Below the pieces are notes generated by a model. That model had not been told where the DNA came from. It was given only the letters and a program-made list of their open reading frames with translations, and did not search any database. From a virus (Duplodnaviria; Caudoviricetes), in IMG/VR virus record IMGVR_UViG_3300016467_000949, positions 1 through 58,876 of that record: DNA of 58,876 bases. The stretch is one strand, 5' to 3'. Made by a program: the position numbers and the translations under genes. The stretch's first letter is position 1; each line of letters starts with the position of its first letter. Below are positions 1 to 9,636 of this stretch, piece by piece.

Positions 1-78
1 CGGGGCAGAAAACCAAAAGGATGAAATAAATCTTTGGCGAAACTACGAGAACACAGAAATGCCGGACATAAGGAGAAG

Positions 79-525
79 ATGATGGCAACCAAGAAGCAGC
101 AGATGAAAAAGAAGGCTAGGGAATTGAAGGGCAAGGCTCGTGCCGCGGCCAGGAGGCACAAGCTGGAGCAGGCGAGGAAGGAGGACAGGAGAGGGGCGAA
201 ACTCAACAGAAGGTTCAGAGAAAAACTCCTACCCTTCGTCAAAGATCCTGAAAAGAAAAAGGCAATGGAAGAGAAGAACAGCCAGAAATCCATGGAAAAG
301 CTCGAGAGAAACATGCAGATTCTCAAGGCTTTGGAGGAGGAGTATGTCAAGGAGGCCGAAGAGAGGAAGAAGCTCAACGAGGGTCTGGAGGCCGAGGGTC
401 ATGTTACTCTGCAAGACAAGGTCAAGGCTCTCGAGGAGAAGGCGAGATCCGCCATGAGTCCCGAGCAAGCGGCTTCCGGAGGAATTGATTTGACCGCAGA
501 GAAACAGTCTTCTGAAGAAATCTAA
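79..525 (+). CDS. hypothetical Lys/Arg/Glu-rich coiled-coil protein
   Basis: ORF with AAGGAG just upstream of ATG 79; highly charged helical composition. Confidence 0.7.
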   Translation: MMATKKQQMKKKARELKGKARAAARRHKLEQARKEDRRGAKLNRRFREKLLPFVKDPEKKKAMEEKNSQKSMEKLERNMQILKALEEEYVKEAEERKKLNEGLEAEGHVTLQDKVKALEEKARSAMSPEQAASGGIDLTAEKQSSEEI

Positions 526-544
526 AAAAATCTGAAAAAATATA

Positions 545-573
545 TTGACAAGCAACCCTATATTACTTATAAC
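545..573 (+). promoter_or_regulatory. sigma70-like promoter for SSB gene
   Basis: TTGACA(545-550)-17 nt-TATAAC(568-573). Confidence 0.75.
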
Positions 574-636
574 TTGCTGACGCGAACAGAAGTAGCGTTG
601 GTTTGAACTTTTAACTTTTAACAACGGAGAATTAAC

Positions 637-1575
637 ATGTCACTTGATCTTGGTTCACTTCAGAGCGATTACAAGGGCCTCAAGTCCGCCGAGGGTTCTG
701 GCGGCTCCTTCCTAGAGAATTTCGTCAAAATGCCGGAAGGCAAGGGCAGCGTGGTGATGCGCCTTCTTCCCCCCGCCCCGGCTGGTAAGTTTGGTCGCGA
801 AAAGAACCCCTTCTACCTCACCACAGCCCTCCACAGGGTGAACGGCAAGAGCATTCACGACATCCGCGAGTATGTCAACGGCAAGTGGGTCGGCAAGAAT
901 CCCATCGTGGATTACATCCGCCACTGCTGGAAGGAGTCGGAGCAGGCTGCTCCCGCTGAACGCGACCGCCTGCAAAACCTCTACAGGCAGCTCAAGCCGA
1001 TCGAGAGGTACTACTACAATGTCATCGTCCGCACCGAGACGGCGGAGGACGGGACGGTCAGGAAGAACGTCGGCCCGAAGATTCTCTCCGTCGGCAAGAC
1101 GGTTCACGAGATCATCCTTCGCGGGATCCTCGGCGACAAGGAGATGAACCAGCCCCAGTTGGGCGACGTCACCGACTTCAAGAACGGATATGACTTTAAG
1201 CTCGTCAAAACGATCCGCAAGTCGGGCGACAACAGTTTCCCGAATTACGAGGGGTCTCACTTCCTTGAACAGAGTCCGGCTGGCGATCCGGATGAGTGCA
1301 AGAAATGGATGGAGGGTCTGCATGATCTCGTCGCCCTCAGGACCCTCAAGACCTACGAGGAACTGGAGCATGAACTTGCCGTCCACCTCGGACTGAAGCA
1401 GGAGTCTTCGGGCGGATTTGATCCCTCGAAGTTCTCCACCAAGCCCGTCGCGGCCGTTGCGGAGGAGAAGGTCTCCGCCCCCAAGGCTAGGGTTGAGGAA
1501 GAGTCCACCGGCGGCGACGACGACGACGAGATTGCCGATAAGGACTTTCTAGAGGAACTCAGAAGGTTGGGCTGA
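637..1575 (+). CDS. T4 gp32-like single-stranded DNA-binding protein
   Basis: MRLLP, RYYYNVIVR, GYDFKLVK..FPNYEGS blocks, acidic C-terminal tail; GGAG RBS; adjacent to recombinase. Confidence 0.85.
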   Translation: MSLDLGSLQSDYKGLKSAEGSGGSFLENFVKMPEGKGSVVMRLLPPAPAGKFGREKNPFYLTTALHRVNGKSIHDIREYVNGKWVGKNPIVDYIRHCWKESEQAAPAERDRLQNLYRQLKPIERYYYNVIVRTETAEDGTVRKNVGPKILSVGKTVHEIILRGILGDKEMNQPQLGDVTDFKNGYDFKLVKTIRKSGDNSFPNYEGSHFLEQSPAGDPDECKKWMEGLHDLVALRTLKTYEELEHELAVHLGLKQESSGGFDPSKFSTKPVAAVAEEKVSAPKARVEEESTGGDDDDEIADKDFLEELRRLG

Positions 1576-1593
1576 AAGGATTCGATAAGAGAA

Positions 1594-1627
1594 CCCCTCC
1601 CCGGGACAATCGGGTCCCGGGGAGGGG
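1594..1627 (+). terminator. GC-rich hairpin after SSB gene (terminator or processing site)
   Basis: perfect 14-bp stem CCCCTCCCCGGGAC/GTCCCGGGGAGGGG, 6-nt loop, weak U tail. Confidence 0.65.
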
Positions 1628-1675
1628 ATATGTTTGTCGCCCATTCTGCAATTCAAACAAAACAAAGGAGAAAAT

Positions 1676-2869
1676 ATGGCCAAATCTAAATCAAAGAACG
1701 AGGATTCCGCTCTGGAAGACATACTCAGTAGCACCGGCGGAGAGACATTGAGGAACGCCGGTCAGGTTCCCTATTATGTTGATACCGGCAACCTTGCAAT
1801 CAACTTCGCCTGCAGCGGCAAGTTCATCAAGGGTGGCTTCCCCGGGGGACGCATCATAGAAGCATTCGGCCCGGAGGCCTCTGGAAAGTCCCTGCTGGGA
1901 TACTGCTTTCTCGGCGCCATACAGAAGCAGGGGGGCATCGCCGTCCTCCTTGACTGCGAGCGATCCAGCGGAAGCGACTTCGCCGAACGGTGCGGACATG
2001 TCGATCCGGACAAACTTCTCGTATTTGATCCCGTAACGCTGCAGCAGGTTGAGAAAAAGATCATATCTGTGGTAAACGCTATCCGGGCCAAATACCCGAA
2101 GAAGCCTATTGGCATTGTTTGGGATTCCATCGGCGTCAATCCCACTGATCGCGAATGGAGCGAGGTTGACCTTCCAGAGAACGCTTCAAAGGCCGAACGC
2201 GACGCCGTTGGTAACGAGAGGCCGGGAGAGCGGGCCAAGTTCGCCAACAAGATATTGAGAAGCCTCAATCCTTTCCTCAACGACAAAGACGCCACCCTTT
2301 ACGTCATCAATCAGGTGCGAAAGAAGATCGGCGTCATTTATGGAAATGACGAGACCACATCAGGAGGCGGAGAAGCCCTCAAATTCTACGCATCCTTGAG
2401 ATTTCGTACTGGATCTCCAAAAGCCTTCCAAGACAAAACTACGAAGCTGTCTCTCGGAACCAACATGACAATTGTCAACAAGAAGAACAGGCACTTCACT
2501 CCGGGCATAAAGATTGAGAATGTCCCTCTTTTCTACGACTCCGGGATCAACCCTCTTGGCGGCCTCATGGATGCCATTCTCATGTCCAAGAGAGTTGAGC
2601 CCGCGAAGGGCGCAGGAAAGTACAAAATACTTTCGCCGTGGAACGGGGGCGACGAGGAGGCGGTCTTTCAGCAGGCGAAGTCCGCTCCGTTCGATGCCGA
2701 GGTTCTGATCAAGTATCCCGCTCTCATAGATGCCGAAAGCCCCGATGAGGTCAGGGAATACCTCAAGGAGTGGTCCGAGGCCATAGCCCTCACGAGCAGT
2801 GATAGCGTCGAGCAGATTGACACTGGCATGGACGTAAGCAACCTGATAGGGTCTAGAGATGAAGATTGA
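1676..2869 (+). CDS. uvsX: RecA/UvsX-like recombinase
   Basis: GRIIEAFGPEASGKS Walker A, WDS Walker B, INQVRKKIG, GGEALKFYAS; AAGGAG RBS before ATG 1676. Confidence 0.9.
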   Translation: MAKSKSKNEDSALEDILSSTGGETLRNAGQVPYYVDTGNLAINFACSGKFIKGGFPGGRIIEAFGPEASGKSLLGYCFLGAIQKQGGIAVLLDCERSSGSDFAERCGHVDPDKLLVFDPVTLQQVEKKIISVVNAIRAKYPKKPIGIVWDSIGVNPTDREWSEVDLPENASKAERDAVGNERPGERAKFANKILRSLNPFLNDKDATLYVINQVRKKIGVIYGNDETTSGGGEALKFYASLRFRTGSPKAFQDKTTKLSLGTNMTIVNKKNRHFTPGIKIENVPLFYDSGINPLGGLMDAILMSKRVEPAKGAGKYKILSPWNGGDEEAVFQQAKSAPFDAEVLIKYPALIDAESPDEVREYLKEWSEAIALTSSDSVEQIDTGMDVSNLIGSRDED

Positions 2870-3065
2870 TCTAACCGACGATCAAGTGGATGAAGTGGTT
2901 CTATTTGAACTACAGAGACATTCCAATTTGCTCAAGTCAAATATATCTGATCTTAAGAAAAAAAGACGCAAGGCCAAGTACGAGCAAGAAGATCTGGAGC
3001 GATTCATTGAGGTGCAAAACGCGATGAAAGTTTTGCTGGGTTACTACGGCAGTCACCTCAATTGA
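2859..3065 (+). CDS. hypothetical protein
   Basis: short ORF overlapping uvsX stop. Confidence 0.55.
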   Translation: MKIDLTDDQVDEVVLFELQRHSNLLKSNISDLKKKRRKAKYEQEDLERFIEVQNAMKVLLGYYGSHLN

Positions 3066-3300
3066 TTTTCTTGCATTCCACTATCTTGTAAGTGACTTTT
3101 TCTCCCTTGTAATTCTTGTCGCACAAGGCCGGTACAAGTCTCTTCAGATCGAGTATTTTCTTTCTCTCGATATCGGCCTTTACCACAAACATCTTCGCCC
3201 CGAAAGCCCTGCAGTACTCCTTCAGGTGTTTGAAGTTTCCGAGGAGGGTGAAGAATTTCTTTTTTTCCCTGGTTTCCAGCATCAGGCATTTTGAGGCCAT
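3058..3300 (-). CDS. hypothetical basic protein
   Basis: 80-aa ORF with AGGAG upstream on minus strand. Confidence 0.6.
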   Translation of the reverse strand: MASKCLMLETREKKKFFTLLGNFKHLKEYCRAFGAKMFVVKADIERKKILDLKRLVPALCDKNYKGEKVTYKIVECKKIN

Positions 3301-3396
3301 TTAAAATTTTCTCCTATTGCGTTCAAATTAACATTTTTCGTACAATTAGTCAATCCGTTTTTTGGACGAATAATCGCGTTTATTGGTTCGCCGGAT

Positions 3397-3404
3397 CATA
3401 AATA
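3397..3404 (+). promoter_or_regulatory. putative T4-type late promoter
   Basis: intergenic CATAAATA resembling TATAAATA. Confidence 0.45.
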
Positions 3405-3420
3405 AGGCGAGTAAAAAGTC

Positions 3421-3870
3421 ATGTCAAAGTTTGACGAAAAAATAGAAATGATGAGGGGCGTTGCACATCAGCTTGTCCCCTACAATTTCCCGCTCGGCCC
3501 CGTGGAACTCGAATACCACATAGCACCACTGAAGAGGTGTGAGGCCGTGGTGGACGGCTATTCCATAGTGTTTCATCTGAACAGGGCACTTTACGGCGAC
3601 CATTATTTAGAGACCTTTCAGGTATACAACAAGTACGCGCCCTTTTTGCCTTTTTGTCTGGTCACCAAATTGGCCAAAAAGGTTTTGGGAGGGCACTTCC
3701 TTTCGCTCGTGGAATTCTACCAGGACGATAGGAAGATATACTGCTGGAGCGTTTGTATCGACGACAGGGGCAGGCCGATGTCCTCGCCCATAAAGGAAAA
3801 GTCTAAGCCGAGGGTTTTTGAGGGATTTGAATACATGTACATGACGCCCGAGCAGCTAAATTTATATTGA
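3421..3870 (+). CDS. hypothetical protein
   Basis: 149-aa ORF. Confidence 0.7.
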   Translation: MSKFDEKIEMMRGVAHQLVPYNFPLGPVELEYHIAPLKRCEAVVDGYSIVFHLNRALYGDHYLETFQVYNKYAPFLPFCLVTKLAKKVLGGHFLSLVEFYQDDRKIYCWSVCIDDRGRPMSSPIKEKSKPRVFEGFEYMYMTPEQLNLY

Positions 3871-3913
3871 TTTCATGATTCTTTGCGGTCGGTCTCACAA
3901 AGGGAGGGCAGCC

Positions 3914-4222
3914 ATGAAAAGGACGACTAGGGAGAAGATTCAGAGGCTTTTTGTTGACTATCTCCTTAAGGAGGGAGCTGTTGAGCTCACACTCCCCAAC
4001 GGAATGGTTCTAGAAGTCGGAGTCACCCAGGAAAACAGGTACGGCGATCTCGAGATCATACCCGACTACTGCTGGGTCGTCGCCTCCCAGAGGAACCGCT
4101 CGGTATCCATAGACAGCTACAACCTTGGGATCAGGTATCCCGGAGACAACAAGGAGATGGTGTGCGAGCACTCCATTGAGTCTGCGGACGGCACTAGCAT
4201 CAATGTTCTTGATGTTGTCTAG
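3914..4222 (+). CDS. hypothetical protein
   Basis: GGAGG RBS before ATG 3914. Confidence 0.7.
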   Translation: MKRTTREKIQRLFVDYLLKEGAVELTLPNGMVLEVGVTQENRYGDLEIIPDYCWVVASQRNRSVSIDSYNLGIRYPGDNKEMVCEHSIESADGTSINVLDVV

Positions 4223-4336
4223 AAAATTCTGATATTGACTGCTCTATTGAAATCTACTAATCTATGAACCATGTGGCTCATGGAGCCTTTTAAATTTTGC
4301 CTTTAGGGCGTGTTTTCAGATGATGGAGATTTTTAA

Positions 4337-4615
4337 ATGGTTCAGTCAAAGAGAAAGTTGGGCAAGTCGGAGATATCGTTGATCAAGGAGTATTGCTCGA
4401 GGCTTTCGGACGAAGACTTGCAGACTGTCGCAATGATGCTTCGGGACGAGTTTGCCTCTGACGTCGGCGTGGCGCTAGAAATATTCCAGAAGGATGTTCA
4501 GGTGGATCGCTGGCTCACGCAGGCGACCGGCAATGAAGACCTGCGAATGCGAGTGGACGGAATCGGCGAATTTGCGCAGCTGGAAATAAACACAAGGCTT
4601 TCCAAGAAGAAGTGA
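4337..4615 (+). CDS. hypothetical protein
   Basis: GGAG RBS, 92 aa. Confidence 0.65.
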   Translation: MVQSKRKLGKSEISLIKEYCSRLSDEDLQTVAMMLRDEFASDVGVALEIFQKDVQVDRWLTQATGNEDLRMRVDGIGEFAQLEINTRLSKKK

Positions 4616-4630
4616 TTTGGAGGGTGGGGC

Positions 4631-4664
4631 GGGGGCGGCCGTGATGTTCTTCGCGGCCGCCCCC
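4631..4664 (+). terminator. GC-rich hairpin directly upstream of helicase start
   Basis: 14-bp stem (one G-U) GGGGGCGGCCGTGA/TCGCGGCCGCCCCC followed by ACGATTTT. Confidence 0.55.
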
Positions 4665-4672
4665 ACGATTTT

Positions 4673-6700
4673 ATGTCGCTCATAAGACTTTCGGACCAAT
4701 TGGAGCTCGTCAGCACGGCTGACTTCCCGCACGGGAAATACCCGTTCGAGAAATTCAACCAGGTGCAGAGCCGTGTTTTTGAAATCTGCGACAAGAACTG
4801 CAACTGTGTCATCGCAGCCCCCACGAGCGTCGGCAAGACGGTCTGTGCCGAGCTTTTCATGAGCCACGAGGTCCGCGTCAGGGGAGGCAAGGCCATATAC
4901 CTCGCTCCTCTTCGGGCGCTGGCAAAAGAGAAGATAGACGACTGGACATCCCCCGACTCCATCTTCGGCGACCTCAAGATCGCCATATGCACGGGCGACT
5001 ACAGGCTGACCGAGTCAAGGATGAGGGAACTCAACGAGGCGGACATCATCGTGATGACCTCTGAGATGCTCAACAGCCGCTGCAGGAACATGGATTCGGA
5101 GAAGAATGACTTCCTGAAGGACTGCGGCACCATCGTCGTGGACGAGTCGCACCTTCTCACGGTTCCCGGCCGCGGAGATCACCTTGAAGTCGGCCTGATG
5201 AAGTTCTCCGAGTTTGCCAGGGATCCGAGGATAGTGTTTCTATCCGCGACTATGCCGAACGTGGATCAGATAGCAGACTGGGTGGGCTGCAGCCTAGTCA
5301 AGAAGGACACCTACCTCGTCAAGTCCGAGTACAGACCCTGTCCGCTAGACATCCACTACGAGACCTACGAGGTGTCCGAAAGCTACGAACTTACGGAGGA
5401 GTACAAGGTCGCCAAGGCGGTGGACATCGTGAGGAACTATCCGGACGACAAGTTCCTTGTTTTCGTTCATTCCAAGTCCACTGGGGAGCGCGTCAAAAAA
5501 GCATTGGTGGATGCAAAGGTCGAATGTGAATTCCATAATGCAGATCTTGACAAAGACAAGCGTCACGAGGTGGAGAAGAAATTCAAATATGGAAAATTGA
5601 GGGTCATAATAGCGACGAGCACCTTGGCCTGGGGCTGCAATTTTCCTGCGAGAAGGGTGGTCATAACAGGCGTCCACAGGGGCATGAACGAGGTTGAGAC
5701 CTATGACATATTCCAGATGGCGGGACGAGCCGGAAGGCCGGGATACGACCCTCGTGGCGACGTTTATATCCTCCTTCCGGACAACAACGCTGAACATCAC
5801 GAGGATCGTCTTTCTTCGCCCAAGGACATTGAATCGCAACTTCTCAGCTACTCGGGCAAGGCGGAAGACCCCCATTACAAGACGCTGGCCTTCCACCTTG
5901 TCAGCGAGATACACCACGGCCAGATATCAACCCTCAAGGACATACATCACTGGTACGGAAAGTCGCTCGCCTACTTCCAGTACAACGACCTTGAGGATTC
6001 CATTGTGGATAAGACGATGGATCTTCTCATGAGGGTCGGTGCGGTCAAGGAGGTGGACGGCAAGTACGAGGTCACATCCGTCGGCAAGGTCTCCAGCATG
6101 ATGTACTACAGCCCGTTTGACGTCGCCGACTTGAGGAGGAATTTCAAATTCCTTTTTGGCAACGGGCTGCACATCAACGACATGGCGGTCGCCCTCGCCC
6201 TCGGGAACGTGGACTCCATCAGGATGGGCTTTGTCACTAGGGCGGAAAAGGACGAAATGGAGGACTTTGCCTCGAAGGTGCAGAACGCCTTCGGGGGCGG
6301 TTACCTTGAATCGTCCATAAAGGGGGCCTACTCCTACTACTGCCTTCTCAACGGCTACACCCTCGGCCCCTTCAATGCGATGGCCCGGGGGTTGCAGATG
6401 GACTTTGAGAGGCTGGCCTCCGTGCTCAACATGCTTGACTCCATGGCTGCCAAGTGGAACAGGCGGGATTTTTTCAACAATCTTTCCCTGAGGATAGCGT
6501 ACGGCGTCAGACCCGAACTCATAGACCTCTGCAAAGTTCCTAATGTCGGCAAGGTTCGGGCAGAGAGGCTTTATGCCGCGGGCATAAGAAAGCCCGCGGA
6601 CATGCTGAAGAATCCACAGGTCGTAAAAAAAATATTGAATATGAAGGACGAGAAGGTCATGGAGATACTAAAGGCGGCCAAGTCACTTTTTTCTTCTTAA
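4673..6700 (+). CDS. Ski2/Hel308-like SF2 DExH helicase
   Basis: APTSVGKT, DESH, SAT, TSTLAWGCNFPA, QMAGRAGRPGYD and C-terminal HhH (VPNVGKVRAERLYAAGI). Confidence 0.9.
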   Translation: MSLIRLSDQLELVSTADFPHGKYPFEKFNQVQSRVFEICDKNCNCVIAAPTSVGKTVCAELFMSHEVRVRGGKAIYLAPLRALAKEKIDDWTSPDSIFGDLKIAICTGDYRLTESRMRELNEADIIVMTSEMLNSRCRNMDSEKNDFLKDCGTIVVDESHLLTVPGRGDHLEVGLMKFSEFARDPRIVFLSATMPNVDQIADWVGCSLVKKDTYLVKSEYRPCPLDIHYETYEVSESYELTEEYKVAKAVDIVRNYPDDKFLVFVHSKSTGERVKKALVDAKVECEFHNADLDKDKRHEVEKKFKYGKLRVIIATSTLAWGCNFPARRVVITGVHRGMNEVETYDIFQMAGRAGRPGYDPRGDVYILLPDNNAEHHEDRLSSPKDIESQLLSYSGKAEDPHYKTLAFHLVSEIHHGQISTLKDIHHWYGKSLAYFQYNDLEDSIVDKTMDLLMRVGAVKEVDGKYEVTSVGKVSSMMYYSPFDVADLRRNFKFLFGNGLHINDMAVALALGNVDSIRMGFVTRAEKDEMEDFASKVQNAFGGGYLESSIKGAYSYYCLLNGYTLGPFNAMARGLQMDFERLASVLNMLDSMAAKWNRRDFFNNLSLRIAYGVRPELIDLCKVPNVGKVRAERLYAAGIRKPADMLKNPQVVKKILNMKDEKVMEILKAAKSLFSS

Positions 6701-8701
6701 TCCTCTGGATCTGTTTCTCACCCTGTCTACTACAAACTTGATTCTCTGCTCTAGAGCCGACTGATTCATCACTATTGTCCTATTTTCCTTTCCGCTTTTG
6801 GCCATCCACATCGCCGCGGACTGACTTATCCCGTCGCAATCCCTTCTTGTTTCGCAGCATGCACAGTCTCCAACAGTCTGCACTTCCACAGTTATAGAGT
6901 CTCCGTCTTCCACTTGTGCCGTATTTCCCGCACTCCCATTGAGTATTAAGGATACTTCACAATCGGGGAGGTTAGACGATGATATTTGTGCCGTAACCGT
7001 TCCCGCGCCGACCGCTTCTATTCCGCTTGACATCATATAGAGGCAGCATCCGCTTGTGGTAAGCGTAACCACGACTTGCTGACACGGCACGCAACTGCTC
7101 GAACTACTTGAACTACTCGAACTACTCGAACTACTGCTTGATTCGGAACTACTGCTTGATTCGGAACTACTGCTTGATTCGGAAGTGCTGCTTGAACACA
7201 AGCAGTTTTGTGCACATTCTTCCTTGGTTTCGTATGGTCCGCCGAGTATTTCGTAAATGCTTGGATTATATTGGGACTCAGGTATGCAGATTACGTCGCA
7301 ACTACTGCTGCTACTGCTACTTGACGACTCTGCGGTCGAACTTGAACTGCTTGATGACGAAGAGCTGCTTGATGACGAAGAGCTGCTTGATGACGAAGAA
7401 CTGCTTGATGACGAAGAACTGCTTGATGACGAAGAACTGCTTGATTGGGTGCTTGAACTACTAGATGGAGAAGTGCCCGATGATGAACTTGAAGATTCAC
7501 TTAGCGAAGAACTCGAGCTGCCTAGCGGAGAACTGCTGGAAGATGTCGTACTGGAACTTCCCGAGGTGGACGATGCAGATGTGCTAGAGCCAGAAGTGCT
7601 TGATCCTTCTGAGGTAGAACTGGTCGGCACAGACGGCAAAGTGCCGGATTGGGAGAAAACAAACCCGTTTGCTTGTATTGCAGATTTTGAAAATGTAGGG
7701 ATTTGCCAAAAAGTCTGTCTTCTGCGTGCGCAGTAATATCTTTCTTTGATGCTTGAACTGCTGGATTCTTCTTGTCCTCCGGACGAAGAACTGTTGTCTG
7801 TTGAGGAAGAAGAACTGTTGTCCGTTGACGAAGAAGAACTGTTTGAACTTTCCGAGCTTCCGCTTGTGACAGAAGATCCCGAAGTCCCACTTGAACCCGC
7901 AACGCTACTAGATGACGATCCTTCAGGACTGCTTGAAGACGACCCGCTAGAAGAGGAACTGCTTGGTGGCGGACTGCTAGAAGAAGAACTGCTTGATGAC
8001 GACCCGCCATGCGACGAACTGCTTGACGATGGACTGCTAGAAGAAGAACTGCTGGATCCGATCTGACTGCTAGACGAGTTACTTGATTCGCTGGATGGGC
8101 ACCCGCAGTAGATACAGCACTCTTCTTTGGAGGCCCATGAAAGAATGGGTATGAACGGCACGGAGAAGCACGAAGACGCTTGAGAGTCGCACGCCCAGCC
8201 ATAACAAGGGTATCCCTCCGGCACGCACCAATAATCATTCCCATCTGTACAATATTTGTAGCCGACAGGACAAGGATTTTCGCTGGCACTAGAGGATTCG
8301 TTTTGTGGCGGTCCACTTGTAGAACTAGATGTTGCCGTAGTGCTAGACCCGGACGATGCAGAGCTGCTAGAAACAGATGTGGAAGATGAACTTGTGGGGA
8401 TGGTTCCAGATTGGGCAAATACGAACCCGTTTGACTGAAGAAAGTCCTTCGAGAAGGACGGAAGATCTGGGAGTCTTCTTGCTTTTTTCTTGAATTTTAT
8501 TCCGCTGAAATTATAGCCGTCAAATACACAGTCACATTTGCATTCTGGCGGACTGCTCGGACCACATTCAAAGTATATCGTTACGCTGTCGCAGCAGTTG
8601 TCGGGGGGACACGTCTTGCAGCAGTCAGCGAAGCACTGTTGGGCCGGATTGATGGCCTTTCCCGGCTTACCCCTTTTGAATGGACCACAGCAGTTTGGCA
8701 T
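6683..8701 (-). CDS. Ser-rich/Cys-rich low-complexity protein, probably structural or surface-exposed
   Basis: 672-aa ORF with poly-Ser tracts separating Cys clusters; internal duplicated block P[ST]FSK..[LI]Q.NGFVF.QSGT. Confidence 0.75.
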   Translation of the reverse strand: MPNCCGPFKRGKPGKAINPAQQCFADCCKTCPPDNCCDSVTIYFECGPSSPPECKCDCVFDGYNFSGIKFKKKARRLPDLPSFSKDFLQSNGFVFAQSGTIPTSSSSTSVSSSSASSGSSTTATSSSTSGPPQNESSSASENPCPVGYKYCTDGNDYWCVPEGYPCYGWACDSQASSCFSVPFIPILSWASKEECCIYCGCPSSESSNSSSSQIGSSSSSSSSPSSSSSSHGGSSSSSSSSSSPPPSSSSSSGSSSSSPEGSSSSSVAGSSGTSGSSVTSGSSESSNSSSSSTDNSSSSSTDNSSSSGGQEESSSSSIKERYYCARRRQTFWQIPTFSKSAIQANGFVFSQSGTLPSVPTSSTSEGSSTSGSSTSASSTSGSSSTTSSSSSPLGSSSSSLSESSSSSSGTSPSSSSSTQSSSSSSSSSSSSSSSSSSSSSSSSSSSSSSSSSSSSTAESSSSSSSSSCDVICIPESQYNPSIYEILGGPYETKEECAQNCLCSSSTSESSSSSESSSSSESSSSSSSSSSSSSSSSCVPCQQVVVTLTTSGCCLYMMSSGIEAVGAGTVTAQISSSNLPDCEVSLILNGSAGNTAQVEDGDSITVEVQTVGDCACCETRRDCDGISQSAAMWMAKSGKENRTIVMNQSALEQRIKFVVDRVRNRSRGLRRKK
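7128..7181. repeat. 3 x 18-nt coding tandem repeat
   Basis: GAACTACTGCTTGATTCG x3 (ESSSSS on minus strand). Confidence 0.85.
7344..7445. repeat. ~5.7 x 18-nt coding tandem repeat (poly-Ser)
   Basis: GA[AG]CTGCTTGATGACGAA units. Confidence 0.9.
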
Positions 8702-8953
8702 TTAGTTCCCGAAAAAATCATCTGGATATTCAATTTTTACAACTCCATTCTTGTCCGTCTTTTCGCCGGTTTTGGGATCCTCCACCCACCATCTGACTTG
8801 GTTTACAGGTATGCCTAGTTCGTCCATGTGGCACTTGTCCCTAGGACTCACCGGCATGTGGTATTTCTGGCCCTCCATCAGGATCGCCACATTACATGTT
8901 CCCTCCGATCTGTTGAACAGAAGGCAGTTTCCGCATATTGCTTCTTTGGACAT
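8702..8953 (-). CDS. small Cys-containing hypothetical protein
   Basis: CGNC..C..C pattern; abuts Ser-rich gene. Confidence 0.65.
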   Translation of the reverse strand: MSKEAICGNCLLFNRSEGTCNVAILMEGQKYHMPVSPRDKCHMDELGIPVNQVRWWVEDPKTGEKTDKNGVVKIEYPDDFFGN

Positions 8954-8998
8954 GTAATAATTGAGCTAAAATACCGCAAATAAACCCGACGATATGTA

Positions 8999-9027
8999 TT
9001 GAAAACACGATACCTTTTTGATAGGAT
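8999..9027 (+). promoter_or_regulatory. sigma70-like promoter
   Basis: TTGAAA-17 nt-TAGGAT with extended TG. Confidence 0.55.
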
Positions 9028-9045
9028 CAAATTCAGGAGAAAAAT

Positions 9046-9636
9046 ATGAAATTCATATGCACCGCCGGGCAGATGAGAAGCGGAAAGAATGTCACGGGGG
9101 AATACCTTTGTGGAAGAAGCGGATTCCTGCCAGCCTCTTTCGCCAAGCCCGTGAAGGAAATCTACTGCAGGGCGTTCAGCGTAGATATGGATTTTGTGGA
9201 GAAATGGAAGGTCAGAGACGAACCCCCTCCCGGCTTCGAGAAAACTGTTAGACAGTCACTTCAGTTCATCGGAGACGGGTTCAGAAGCATAAATCCGAAT
9301 GTGTGGGTGGACTATGCTTTCAATAACAATCCCGAAAGATCATGCTATATGGACGGAAGGTATCTCAATGAGCTCTTCAGGGTCAAGAAGGAGGGTGGAG
9401 TTAACATTCTGCTCTGGCGTCCTAGGCACGAGAACAATGATTCTAATCAGTCGGAGGCGCAAATAAGACCGCTTGTGGACTGGTACGCAGAAAGACGAAT
9501 CGAGGGCGAAGTTGGGATGCTGGATAAGTCCTCGGCTCCGAAGGGTTGTGAGTTGATAGACTTCTTCTTGATCAACGACGGCGACATAGCCAGTCTTTAT
9601 AGAAAAATAGATCGTCTCGTAATTCCCAAGATTTAA
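9046..9636 (+). CDS. deoxynucleoside monophosphate kinase (T4 gp1-like)
   Basis: N-terminal P-loop GQMRSGK, FAKPVKE, RQSLQFIG, DGRYLNE. Confidence 0.8.
   Translation: MKFICTAGQMRSGKNVTGEYLCGRSGFLPASFAKPVKEIYCRAFSVDMDFVEKWKVRDEPPPGFEKTVRQSLQFIGDGFRSINPNVWVDYAFNNNPERSCYMDGRYLNELFRVKKEGGVNILLWRPRHENNDSNQSEAQIRPLVDWYAERRIEGEVGMLDKSSAPKGCELIDFFLINDGDIASLYRKIDRLVIPKI

Noticed and set aside
7100-8060. Tandem repeats as a CRISPR array, and + strand ORFs reading LLDDEE
   Set aside because: No unique spacers; these are the antisense shadow of poly-Ser codons in the minus-strand gene
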